Origin: Scyliorhinus canicula
Taxonomy: Eukaryota
Reading direction: 5' to 3'
Length of the DNA: 64,000 nucleotides
NCBI RefSeq assembly: GCF_902713615.1
Contig: NC_052164.1
Coordinates: 47,371,248-47,435,247 of the forward strand
Below the pieces are notes generated by a model. It did not search any database and was not told the origin of the DNA. It worked only from the letters and a program-made list of their open reading frames with translations. Below are positions 36,990-48,389 of this stretch, piece after piece (position 1 is the first letter of the stretch; the number at the start of each line of letters is the position of its first letter). Made by a program: the position numbers and the translations under genes.

Positions 36990-38063
36990 CACAGTAATGA
37001 AATGACTCTCATCAAAGTTGCAAATTACATACTATGTGACTGACATTGGTAAACAATCCCTCCCTGCCCTCCTTGATATGTCTGCTGTAATTGACATGGT
37101 TAATCACTCTATCTTCCTCCAACCATTGTCCACTGGCACTGCCCTTGCCTTGTTCTATTATTATCTTTTTAACTGTAGATAGAGAATTGCTTCTCTTCCT
37201 GCTTCTCCACAGTTATCTCTGGTCTCCCTGAGGAGACCAGAGGTACCCCTGTCAATTACTGTTTATGTGCTGCCTCTTGACATTACCTGAAAATGTTTCC
37301 TCCAGTTAACTACTGTACAGAGACGACTGAAACTATTATCTTCAACCCCAGCCATAATCTCAGCTAAACTCTGACAACTGACTCCAACTCTCTCCCTGAT
37401 AACTGTCTGAAGCGGAACCAGGGTGTTTGCAACCTTGATGGCGCATATGACCTCATGATGAGCTTCCAACCACGCATCCACGCCATCACTAAGACTCTCC
37501 TTTCTACGTCCATAATTTTGTACTTTCCTCAGCTGAAACCCTCATCCCTGCCTTCATTGCTCTCGATTTGACCATTGTTTAGCACTCCTGTCCAGATTCC
37601 CAGATTCTACCCTCATTAAACTTGAGATTGTTCAAAACTCTACACCAAATCCGGTAAACCTATTATCCTTGTGATTGCTGACCTGCATTGGCTCCCAGTT
37701 AAGTGATACCTTGATTTTAAAATTCTCATTCTTGTTTTCTAATCTTTCCATGACCTCACCGCTCCTTACCTCTAATTTTCTCCAAACCCACCAGACCTGT
37801 GCTCCACTAATTCTGGCGTCTTGAGCACCCTGTCCTGAATTGCTCTGCCATCGATAATTCACATTTAGCTGACAAGGCCCTAATTTCTTCCCGAAATTGC
37901 TTTGCCTTTTTCTGCCTCTTTTTCTGCCCTTAAAACGATCCTTAAAATCTGCCACTTTGACACATTGTTTGGTCACCTGCTCCAATGCCTCCTTACATGG
38001 TTCAGTATGATATTTTGATTTATAATGCCACTGTGAAGTTTATTAAGTTTAAAGGCACTATAT
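36990..38063 (+). mobile_element. L2-clade LINE 3' portion, decayed
   Basis: LIKVANYILCD...LLDMSA..D.VNHSI; LHWLPV...DFKIL; aaaggcactata terminus. Confidence 0.75.
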
Positions 38064-38335
38064 GTACAATCTGTTAACATTCCCTCTTTTGGGAGGCTAT
38101 TTAATATAATTGGTTATTCCAAAGCAGTTGTTGGTCTGAGATGCCAAAACATTGCAAATTCTCCGTGGCAATGCATATCTGCTTGATTTGAATGTTTTTT
38201 AAATAAACTGAGGCAAATTCATTTGATCAAATTGTTTGTATTCCTTTTTTCTCCTTTACCTTTTGTTTAAGGTGTCTCGCTTATGAGCAATCAGAAAAGT
38301 TGAGTTTCTAAGAGCTGCACAAGTTATACAAGACT

Positions 38336-39035
38336 TCTGAAACGAAAGAGAAAATACTGGAAAATCTCAGCAAGTCTGGTAGCATCTGTGGGGAGAGAAA
38401 ATAACTAATGTTTCTAGTCCGATGATTCTTTGTCAAAGCTAACAGACAGAGAAAATGGGAAATGTTTAAACTGTGGAGTGAGAATGAAAGATGAGTCATA
38501 GCCACAGAATACATATCTGCTTGATTTGAATGTTTATTTTAAATAAACTAAGGCAATCAGCCCCACCTTGACCCATTTGTTTTCATTTCATTTTCACTGT
38601 CTTTTACCATTTGTTTCTTTCTTAATATACATTTAATCCCCCCCCCCCCAATCTTATCCACCTTTCCTGTACCTTTCTCCTCTTTGCTTCCCCCTTCCCC
38701 TCCCCCCACACCTACAGTTCATCCTCTGATGTTAGTTTCCCTGCTGTTTGACCGTCCACATATTTTGTTCTCTCTGGGGGCTGCGATTAGCACTCTTTCC
38801 CCTTGGTTTCTGTGGCTATTAGCACCCGGTTTCCCTGGGTTTCTGTGGCTATGACTCATCTTTCATTCTCACTCCACAGTATAAATATTTCCCACTTTGT
38901 TAGCTTTGACAAAGAGCCATCGGACTTGAAACGTTAGCTCTTTTCTCTCCCTACAGATGCTGCCAGACTTGCTGAGATTTTCCAGCATTTTCTCTTTCGT
39001 TTCAGATTCCAGCATCCGCAGTAATTTGCTTTTAT
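38336..39035 (+). mobile_element. Penelope-like pseudo-LTR insert with inverted 5' partial copy, 30-nt tail and hammerhead motif
   Basis: 38336-38509 is an inverted copy of ~38840-39006; TSD agacttc(t/a)ga at 38331 and 39036. Confidence 0.75.
38902..38939 (+). ncRNA. Minimal type-I hammerhead-like motif with U3-A8 core
   Basis: AGCU-UUGACAA-A-GAGCC(AUCG)GACUU-GAAA-CG-UU-AGCU. Confidence 0.55.
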
Positions 39036-39223
39036 AGACTTCAGATATCATAGCTATCTCTTAATTTCTTGAAAGACATATACTGTTGCACCTATAAACT
39101 AAGAACTGATGATTTTATCTGTGGTGTGGTCAACTTGTGCTAAAATGCAAATTTGTTTCTCAACCCATTTTGCAAGTTTAGTAACTTTTATGCTTTTTCA
39201 ATCTAGCTACAAGTTGAATTAAA

Positions 39224-39361
39224 NNNNNNNNNNNNNNNNNNNNNNNNNNNNNNNNNNNNNNNNNNNNNNNNNNNNNNNNNNNNNNNNNNNNNNNNNNNNN
39301 NNNNNNNNNNNNNNNNNNNNNNNNNNNNNNNNNNNNNNNNNNNNNNNNNNNNNNNNNNNNN
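39224..39361. other. Assembly gap (138 N)
   Basis: N run. Confidence 1.
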
Positions 39362-40691
39362 ATGACTAAAGCTCCTATGAAGTCTTTTCAATTCTTTGTT
39401 CAACTGTGTGCACCTTGGAATTCTTTTGAGTGTTTTAATATCTTGATGGTTTTACTTCTTCTCTGCTGCTTCCTTTAATCAGAGATTGAGGCACCTTTCA
39501 GAAAGGATGCAATATATTGGGTGAGGGACAGTTATGCGTAGCAGCATTCATTTTTAAAAAGGTTCTAGTGTGGTCCAACACGACCCACTGCCGATGAAAT
39601 CAGATTCCATGGTAACTTTCAAAGGAACATGTACTGATTTTCAGGGTTATGGGGGAGAAAAGCTGGGGTATGGGACTAAATTGGACAACATTTTCAAAGA
39701 GCCACATATGCACGGTTAGCTGAATGGCCAACTCCAATGCTATAAGATTTTCATGTAAGTATTTTATTTATTTAAAGATGTATTAATTGGTAAGTGTAGC
39801 TGGGTTTCATTGACAAATGAGGAAGATCATATCATGTCAGTTAATTAACACTGAGAAGAATCATTGTTCGTAACTTGAAGACTCCAGTATGCAATCCCTT
39901 CCTTTTGTATCCATAGTTGCAATTATCTTTTATAAATTAGTGATCCCAATCATCAGCAGCATTTTTCCTTCTGCGTTTTTGGGCCTAGAGTTCATGCAAA
40001 CGTATTGATATCCACACCTATCTGAGTTTGGTGATTTTTTGAAAGGTCTGCCCTACAGAGATGGCAACAAAGTGGTTCTTAAAATGCCTTCGGAAGATAT
40101 TTCAGCATTTACTGAAGTTCTGTTCACTGGATTATTTTTTTGTCTCTTTTTGCATCTGAATTTTAATTTATATATTAAGACCAATGTGGCACACCTATCT
40201 TCAGTGATCTGCTAAAGCTTGGTATAGGTTAGCATAATAGGTTTCTCATCTGCAGAAAGCGATTCTACAGAAAACTTGAAGCATAACGTTGGTTAGATGG
40301 CTGGCAAAATTATCACTGCCATTGCGACTTTCATGTCCAATATCACCATATAATATTTTTCCCATAATGAAGTGGGCGATAACTGGTTATATAGAAGACG
40401 TGAATGAATCATATGATGTATCTTGATTGTGTTGTTTGCTGTGTATGGACATGCATGCAAATTATTGAAAGAAACGTAAGGTTATCTGGGAGCTTGGTAT
40501 GAGCGATCAAAAAGCGTGGAACATTGGGAGCCACTTGCCATCAACACTTGTATGTTAGTTGATTGTCTCTGCTTACTAATTATTGTCGAGGGTACTGTAG
40601 TCATGATTCAGCCTGGCTACCTCTTCCTGCCTTCTTGGGAAGAATGACTGAGAGTACCAAACAGTACAAGCCTTCTTGAACATACATTATT

Positions 40692-40795
40692 CAGAAGAAT
40701 AAAAACAGGGAATTCTGGAAACTCTCAGGTCAGAGAGCATCTGTGGAGAGAGAAACGTTGTTCTGCTGAAAGCTCATTGACCTGAAACGTTGGCT
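40692..40795. mobile_element. Degenerate Penelope-derived foldback fragment with decayed hammerhead motif
   Basis: Inverted tail (ctggaaactctcaggtcag...gcatctgtggagagagaaac) then CUGCUGA-A-AGCUC(AUU)GACCU-GAAA-CG-UU. Confidence 0.55.
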
Positions 40796-40863
40796 GGGAT
40801 TTAGCGTGGCTGGGAGGGGAAGAGGGTGAAAAATTAGGTGGGATGGTAGACTTGGCACACTTG

Positions 40864-41138
40864 TGTGGTGGTATGATTAGCATAGCTGCCTGCCATTGGT
40901 GCAGAACACCGGCTTACCATTGGCCCTGGTCGGTCATGTGCCCCTCGACCGGTTGGTTGAGACCAGTCATGTGACGGTTCCCTGATTGGTCGAGAGGCTG
41001 AGTTGAGGCGGGGTATAAATACCCAGTACTCCCGGCGGTCGTCCTTCTACTGTAATCGACCGCAGGGCTTAACATCTAGTATATTAAAGCCATACTTTTG
41101 TTCAGCAACTCGTCTCGCGTTCAATTGATGGTACATCA
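40864..41138 (+). repeat. 5' LTR (TATAAATA at 41014, ATTAAA at 41083)
   Basis: Matches the 3' LTR with ~8-9 substitutions and one ~12-bp deletion. Confidence 0.95.
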
Positions 41139-41162
41139 ATTTAATATACTAGAAATTTGAAG

Positions 41163-42551
41163 ATGGAGCTCCGGATCAAGCCCAAATGCCTCCGCATCAA
41201 CCCGCAAACTCCGAACGCATCGGAAATCTTCAAGCATTGGCTGGTGTGTTTCGATAGCTATCTGGCGACCGCAAGCAGCCACCTCACCATGGCACAGAAA
41301 CTTCATATTCTCCATTCCAGCGTGGGCATGGAGGCCTACGCAATGATAGAGGAAGAAAAGGAATATGACGTGGCCATGGATACGCTAAAAGGACAATTTC
41401 TTAAGCCAATAAACCGAGTGTACGCCCGACATCTGCTGGCTACCAGACAACAGTTCCCCGGTGAGTCCTTAGATGAATTTTACCGGGCCCTCGCTGTGTT
41501 GGGGAGGAATTGCGCCTGCCTCCAAGTTTCAGCCACTCAGCACATGGAACTTTTAATCAGAGATGCTTACGTGGCTGGGATGCAGTCCGCCGCAACCCGC
41601 CAGCGGATGCTGGAAAAAGACGACCTCAGCCTAACTGAGGCACGGACTCTCTACCTCCCTCGAGGTCGCCGACTTAAACGCCCCGCCTATGTCCCCAGCC
41701 GTGCTGCAGCGCCCTGGGCCTCCTGGCATGCTTCCCCACCATCATCCGCCGCTCCCGACCCCCCTCAGGCCTGCTCCGCGGGACGCCCCGACAAGTCCGC
41801 GGGGCCCCGCTGCTATTTCTGTGGGCTTGCCAAACACCCCCGCCCGCGCTGCCCGGCCCGCTCTGCCCTTTGTAAGAGCTGCGGGAAGAAGGGCCATTTT
41901 TCGTCGGTCTGCCAGGCCAAATCGGTCGCTGCTGTGCCGCGCAGCGACCGGGGATCTCCTCCTCCTGGCCCTTCCGGGCCCTTCCAGCGTGCCGCGGCAA
42001 TTCCCCCCCCCCCGGTCCCCTGCGTCCAGCCTGCGCGCCTCTCTGCCCCCGCTCTCAGCCGCTCCGATCGGCCCGCTGGCACCGCTAACCCCGCCCCCAG
42101 CAACCACGAGGGTCCTGCGGGCGCCGCTATCTTGGGCCCCCGGACGCCACGTGCGGGTCCTGGGCGCTGCCAGCTTGGGGCCCCGACTCCACGTGCGGGT
42201 CCTGGGCGCTGCCATCTTGGGGCCCCGACTCCACGTGCGGGTCCTGGGCGCCGCCATCTTGGGGCCCCGACCCCACGTGCGGGTCCTGGGCGCCGCCATC
42301 CTGGGGCCCCGACTCCACGTGCGGGTCCTGGGCGCCGCCATCCTGGACTGGCACACAAGGTCCTGCCAGCACCCATTCGGCTGCCGCCGCCGACTATGGA
42401 TCTTCTCCACGGCTCACGGCCATTCAGCTCGACCAGTCACGTCCACGCACGCTCGCCAAGACGACGATGCAAATCCACCTCAACGGGCATGAGACGGACT
42501 GCCTGCTGGACTCCGGGAGCACGGAAAGCTTCGTACACCCTGACACGGTAA
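41163..42551 (+). pseudogene. gag: Gypsy gag (open 464-aa frame; C-terminal part probably frameshifted)
   Basis: MELRIKPKCL...; zinc knuckles CYFCGLAKHPRPRC and CKSCGKKGHFSSVC. Confidence 0.85.
42110..42346 (+). repeat. 42-bp GC-rich minisatellite, ~5.5 copies, in the gag-protease spacer
   Basis: CACGTG at 42148, 42190, 42232, 42274 and 42316 (period 42). Confidence 0.95.
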
Positions 42552-45234
42552 GACGCTGCGCGCTCCCTGTCCACCCTGTAAAACACAAAATCGGGTTAGC
42601 CTCAGGTTCGCACTCCGTCCGCATCACCGGGTGCTGCATCGCGGACCTCACGGTCCAGAGGAAGGTTTTTAAAAATTATAAACTCTTTATCCTCCCTGAC
42701 CTTTGCGCACCGGCACTCCTAGGACTGGACTTCCAGTGCAACCTGCAGAGCTTGTCCTTCCAATTCGGCGGCCCTATACCCCACCTCACTGTCTGCAGCC
42801 TCGCGTCCCTCAAAATGGACCCCCCCCTCTTTGTTTGCTAATCTCACCCCCGATTGCAAACCCGTTGCGACCCGGAGCAGATGGTACAGCGCCCAGGACC
42901 GGACCTTCATCAGGTCCGAGGTCCATAGGTTGCTGAAGGAAGGGGTCATCGAGGCCCTGGCGAGCCCAAGTGCTGGTGGTCCGGACTGGGGAGAAAAACC
43001 GGATGGTCATCGACTACAGCCAGACCATCAACCGGTTTACGCAACTGGACGCGTATCCTCTACCCCGTATTTCCGCCATGGTAAACGAGATTGCGAAATA
43101 CAAAGTCTTCTCCATGGTGGACCTCAAGTCTGCTTATCACCAGCTCCCCATCCACGCGAGTGACCGCAACTACACCGCGTTCGAGGCAGATGGGCGCCTC
43201 TACCACTTCCTCAGGGTTCCATTCGGTGTCACAAATGGGGTCTCGGTCTTCCAACGGGAGATGGACCGAATGGTCGACAAGTACGGATTACGGGCTACCT
43301 TCCCGTATCTCGATAATGTCACCATCTGCGGCCACGACCAGCAGGACCATGACACCAACCTCCGAAAATTCCTCCAAACCGCAAAACTCCTTAACCTAAC
43401 TTACAATAAGGATAAGTGCGTGTTTAGCACTGACTGTCTAGCCATCCTCGGCTACGTAGTGCGTAACGGAGTGATAGGCCCCGACCCTGAACGCATGCGC
43501 TCCCTGATGGAACTCCCTCTCCCCAATACCCTCAAATCCCTCAAACGCTGCCTGGGTTTCTTCGCTTACTACGCCCAATGGGTTCCCAATTACGCCGACA
43601 AGACCCGTCCCCTCATTCAGTCCACGAACTTCCCGCCGTCGACAGAGGCCTGCCAGGCCTTTAGCCGCATCAAAGCGGACATCGCAAAGGCCACGATGCG
43701 CGCCATCGACGAGTCCCTCCACTTCCAGGTCGAGAGCGACGCATCAGAAGTAGCTCTGGCGGCCACCCTGAACCAAGCGGGCAGACCCGTGGCCTTCTTC
43801 TCCAGAACCCTCCAGGCTTCCGAACTCCGCCACTCCTCAGTGGAAAAGGAAGCCCAGGCCATAGTCGAAGCTGTGCGACTTTGGAGGCACTATTTGGCCG
43901 GCAGGAAGTTTACCCTCCTCACAGACCAACGGTCAGTAGCCTTCATGTTCGATAATGCACAGAGGGGCAAGATTAAGAACGACAAGATCTTGCGGTGGCG
44001 GATAGAGTTGTCCACGTACAACTACGATATCTTGTATCGTCCTGGGAAGTTCAATGAGCCCCCTGATGCCCTGTCCCGCGGTACCTGCACCAGTGCGCAG
44101 ATAGACCGCCTCTGCTCCCTCCACGCGGACCTCTGCCATCCAGGGGTGACCCGTTTCTATCATTTCATAAAGACCCGCAACCTGCCCTGCTCCATCGAGG
44201 AAGACAGGACAGTAACCCGTGACTGCCACATCTGCGCAGAGTGCAAACCGCACTTCTACCGCCCCGAGCGCACGCATCTGATCAAAGCATCCTGCCCCTT
44301 CAGCATAGACTTCGAGGGGCCCTTTCCCTCTAGCAGCCGCAACATTTACTTCCTGACGGTGATCGACGAATACTCCCGCTTCCCCTTCGCCAGTCCCTGC
44401 CCCAACATGACCACATCGACCGTCGTTAAGGCCCTCCTCTCCATCTTCTCCCTGTTCGGCTACCCCGCATACATACATAGCGATCGGGGGTCCTCCTTTA
44501 TGAGCGACGAGCTGCGTCAATTCCTGCTCAGCAGGGGCATTGCCTCTAGCAGGACGACCAGCTATAACCCCTGGGGTAACGGACAGGTCGAGCGGGAGAA
44601 TGGTACCATCTGGAAGACCATACTACTGGCCCTCCGGTCCAGAGATCTCCCTATTTCCCGATGGCAAGAGGTTATCCCCGATGCCCTACATTCCATCCGC
44701 TCCCTCCTCTCTGTACAACAACTAATCAAACACCTCATGAACGTCTTCTTGTTTTCCCCAGGAAATCGTCCTCCGGATCCCCTCTCCCGACGTGGCTGGC
44801 CGCCCCCGGACCCATCTTGCTCTGGAAGCATGTGCGGGTGCACAAGTCCGACTCGTTGGTGGAACAAGTCCAGTTACTCCACGCTAACCCGCAGTATGCG
44901 TACGTGGAGTACCCCGACGGTCGGCAGGTCACGGTCTCCCTCCGGGACCTGGCACCCACCGGCGTGCGGCCTTCCCCCCCTTCACCACAGACCCCCCCCC
45001 GCCCCTTTTCACCAAGCGCCCCACCCAGGCCACCCCTTCCCCATCCATGGCGTCTCCACCACCAGCTTGGGGTACGGAGACAGTTCAAGGACCATCGCTC
45101 CCCGAGTCCAGGATATCAGCAGAACCACCACCATCGGCTGAACCACCACCATCGGCTGAACCAACGTCACCAACTCCCCTGCGGCGGTCTGCTAGGACGT
45201 CACAGGCAATGAAAAGGCTGATCGAGTCCATTTA
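42467..45234 (+). pseudogene. pol: Gypsy pol (protease, RT, RNase H, integrase) with several frameshifts
   Basis: LLDSGST; RMVIDY, DLKSAYHQ, PFGVTN, YLDN; ESDAS, TDQRS; H..LCHPG...CHIC; SIDF, HSDRG, NGQVER; frame breaks near 42835, 42955 and 44710. Confidence 0.92.
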
Positions 45235-45373
45235 ACTTCAACACCAACATGGACCTTATATGGACACTATGTACTGTTGCTAAATGTCTGGGCCAGTGGG
45301 AAGCCAAGGATACATTTTTTTTTCTCCTTACTACTCATACCACCAGTTCTCTCTCTTTCCACCCCCCCCCCAA

Positions 45374-45511
45374 NNNNNNNNNNNNNNNNNNNNNNNNNNN
45401 NNNNNNNNNNNNNNNNNNNNNNNNNNNNNNNNNNNNNNNNNNNNNNNNNNNNNNNNNNNNNNNNNNNNNNNNNNNNNNNNNNNNNNNNNNNNNNNNNNNN
45501 NNNNNNNNNNN
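45374..45511. other. Assembly gap (138 N) in the Gypsy 3' untranslated region
   Basis: N run. Confidence 1.
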
Positions 45512-45528
45512 TCTCCGCAAGGGAGGAA

Positions 45529-45815
45529 TGTGGTGGTATGATTAGCATAGCTGCCTGCCATTGGTGCAGATCACCGGCTTACCATTGGCCCTGGTCGGTC
45601 ATGTGCCTCTTGACCGGTTGGTTGAGACCAGTCATGTGACGGCTCCCCGATTGGTCGAGAGGCTGAGTTAACCCCGCCTCCAGGGCGGGGTATAAATACC
45701 CAGTGCTCCCGGCGGTCGTCCTTCTAGTGTAATCGACCGCAGGGCTTAACATCTAGTATATTAAAGCCATACTTTTGTTCAGCATCTCGTCTCGCGTTCA
45801 ATTGATGGTACATCA
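45529..45815 (+). repeat. 3' LTR
   Basis: Follows the PPT; ends catca followed by the TSD. Confidence 0.95.
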
Positions 45816-46892
45816 ACTTGTTGTCTTCCTGCATTTTACTACAAGGCCACCATTCCTGTGGCAGTGCGGGACTGGAGAGCTGTCAGCCCACAATTGGCGA
45901 GCAGTTCTTGTGGGCAGGTTCTTGTTCCATGAAGGGATGAAAGGCCCGCATGTTAATTGCCTGATTCTTAAAATTCATTCAGGGTTCCCCAAAGGATCAT
46001 CTGTGATGGGGTTGCCCAGACTTTCCGGCCAATGGGAGAAAAATCACAGCTATGAATGTTTTTCCACAATTAACATATGTTGCCAGGCAGCATCTACATT
46101 TGTTAGCTGCCTATCCAGTAGAATATTCATTTTTTATTGCCAATTGAATGTGGGATAGGAGCAACTCTGTAACTTTGCCCACAGACTTTTTGTTCCCAGC
46201 ATGATGCAATGTTTGTCCATTCAGCCTTGTCATCTGTTTCTGTCAGCCCCAATCTGCCTTTGCTGTGAGCATTTTGAATCTTGTAAACAAAAATGAAAAC
46301 TGTTTGATCAACAATGAATGTCTGCTATGGGTTCATTGGTCCCTTTTCATTTTGCTGATTGCATAGGCTTTGAGCTATGCTATGTCCATATGTAGCTGAA
46401 CGTTAACTGACTTGCAGAATCTGAAATCAGTGCCATACTTGAGTGGTTTGACAGTGTCCGCAAGCGCACTGATCCCAGGTCAATGCCAAGTCAACGCGTG
46501 AAAGCCTTTGTTCAGAATTGATCGAGTTCAGAAACAAATAAAAATGTAATGTTTGCATTCATATATATATTTATTAAAGGTGACTTAATTAAATTCACCA
46601 CAACCTCCTGATGGCCTAGCCCTTTGAATTGTTTGGATTTTCCTCTTGCCTCTTTTCACCGCAGTAATGGAGCTCTGTGCACAATCATTTGAAACATGGC
46701 TGCGACTTGGTGATCGATACTATACACAGGGTCTCTTGTGATCATTAAAAACTGTACTGCCTGTCTTTTCACCCATATCAAGTCCCATTCACCTATCATC
46801 CCTGTGCTTGGTGAGCTACATAGACACCTAGTCAAGCAATGCCCTCCAAGGTTTACCCCTCCATTTCTGTGTAGCCTCTTCCAACCCCACAA

Positions 46893-47172
46893 TGGTGGCA
46901 CAGTGGTTAGCACTGCTGCCTCACACAGCACCAAGGACCAGAGCTGATTCTGACCATGAGCGACTGTCGTGTGGAGTTTGCACATTCTTCCTGTGTCTGC
47001 GTGGGTTTCCTCCAGCTGCTCCGGGGTCCTCCCACACTCTAAAGATGTGTAAGTTAGGTGGATTGGCCAAGCTAAATTGTCCATCGGTGGGGTTACAGGG
47101 ATAGGGTGGGGGATTGGGCCTAGGATAGGGTGTTCTTTCAGAGAGTCGGTACAGACTCGATGGGCTGATTGT
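46893..47172 (+). mobile_element. HE1-type SINE
   Basis: ggtggcacagtggttagcactgctgcctcac head, core and partial tail. Confidence 0.85.
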
Positions 47173-47194
47173 CCTTAAAACCTATCCCTTAGAT

Positions 47195-47690
47195 CATAGG
47201 AGTATATGAACGTTGGACGTAGGAGCGGGAGTAGACCATTCAAACCTGCTCTGCCATTCGATAATATCATGGCTGGGCAGCATATTGGTGCAGTGGTTAG
47301 CACTGCTGCCTCACATTGCCGAGGACCTGGGTTTGATCCGGCCCCAGGTCACTGTCCGAGTGGAGTTTGCACATTCTCCCCATGTTTGCGTGGGTTTCAC
47401 CCCCACAACCCAAAAAGATGTGCAGAGTAGGTGGACTGATCACACAAAATTTACCCTTAATTGGAAAAAAAATAATTGGGTACTCTTAAGTTATATAAAA
47501 AAAAAGATAATTCTATGGCTGATCTGGTTGTGGTCTCAACTCCACTTTCCTATCTGCCTCCCCTCCCTTATCTATCAAAGATCTATCTAGCTCGGCCTTC
47601 ATTAAATTCAATGACCCGGCCTCCACTGCCTTCTGGGCAAGAGAATTCCACAGACCACTGATCCACTATGAGGAAAAAACAAATTCCCCT
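47195..47690 (-). mobile_element. CR1 3' tail, interrupted by a SINE
   Basis: aggagcgggagtagaccatt...ctctgccattc...atggctgatctg...gagaattccacaga. Confidence 0.7.
47275..47505 (+). mobile_element. Short A-tailed SINE with ~15-bp TSD
   Basis: gataatatcatggct (47260-47274) / gataattctatggct (47506-47520). Confidence 0.9.
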
Positions 47691-48389
47691 TATCCCACAT
47701 CCTTTGCCCTCAAAATGCTTATGGAATATTCCAGTATCAAATTTTGTTTCCTGTTGCCCCTGTGAAGGGGTTGGGACATTTTATTCTGTTAAAGGCATTC
47801 TGACTACAGGTTATTACAAAATGTAGTATATAATCTAGATTTCTGCACAGAGTGTTACTTATGGATCTAATTAAATAGGAAACAGCGTGTTAGACTGAAA
47901 GAGCAGCGGGTCATGGACTTATCAAAATGCATAATCAAAATTCTCCCACTTATAATGCAGGAATAATAATTTTTGATGGGGCTGTGAGCATTAAAAATGT
48001 ATTTTCTACAGGGGCAAGAGTTCATAATGTTCCTAGAAAACCTTGATGCATTTTCTCTAACAGCTTATAGTTTACTTTGTTGGTTACCAGGTTAAACTGC
48101 AAATCTCAATGACTATAAAATGTGTTGCACTCCTAGGTGCCAAGAGATGCACCTGTGTTAATGAGCGTCAGTTCAAGGATAACTAAAGAAAGAACAAGAA
48201 TTAATATATTATGCCTTTCACATCAGGATGAGAAAAATGCTTCATAAATACTAAATTTCTATTGAAATGTAGGAGAGTGTGGCAAAAATGTACGTTGCAA
48301 TTCCTGCAAACAACAGTCAAATTAATGACCTGTGTTTGGGTACTAATGGAGGTAGGAATGTTATATAGGACACCGGGAAAATGAAAAGA

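Larger units (their letters stand above)
40864..45815 (+). mobile_element. Near-full-length Gypsy LTR retrotransposon (two-CCHC gag)
   Basis: LTRs 40864-41138 and 45529-45815 (TG..CA), perfect 5-bp TSD acttg, PPT aagggaggaa at 45519-45528, gag-PR-RT-RH-IN order. Confidence 0.97.

Noticed and set aside
38240-38335. Strong polypyrimidine tract plus AG as a coding exon acceptor
   Set aside because: All three frames stop within ~40 nt and I saw no donor or homology; a non-coding or terminal exon cannot be excluded without RNA data.
42110-42346. 42-bp array as a CRISPR-like locus
   Set aside because: Units are contiguous with no unique spacers, lie inside a Gypsy ORF, and the context is eukaryotic.
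41674-44867. Long antisense and alternate-frame ORFs over the Gypsy (187-267 aa)
   Set aside because: Shadows of GC-rich gag/pol and the 42-bp repeat; low complexity, no domains.
39203-45639. ORFs spanning N runs
   Set aside because: Artefacts of translating the assembly gaps.
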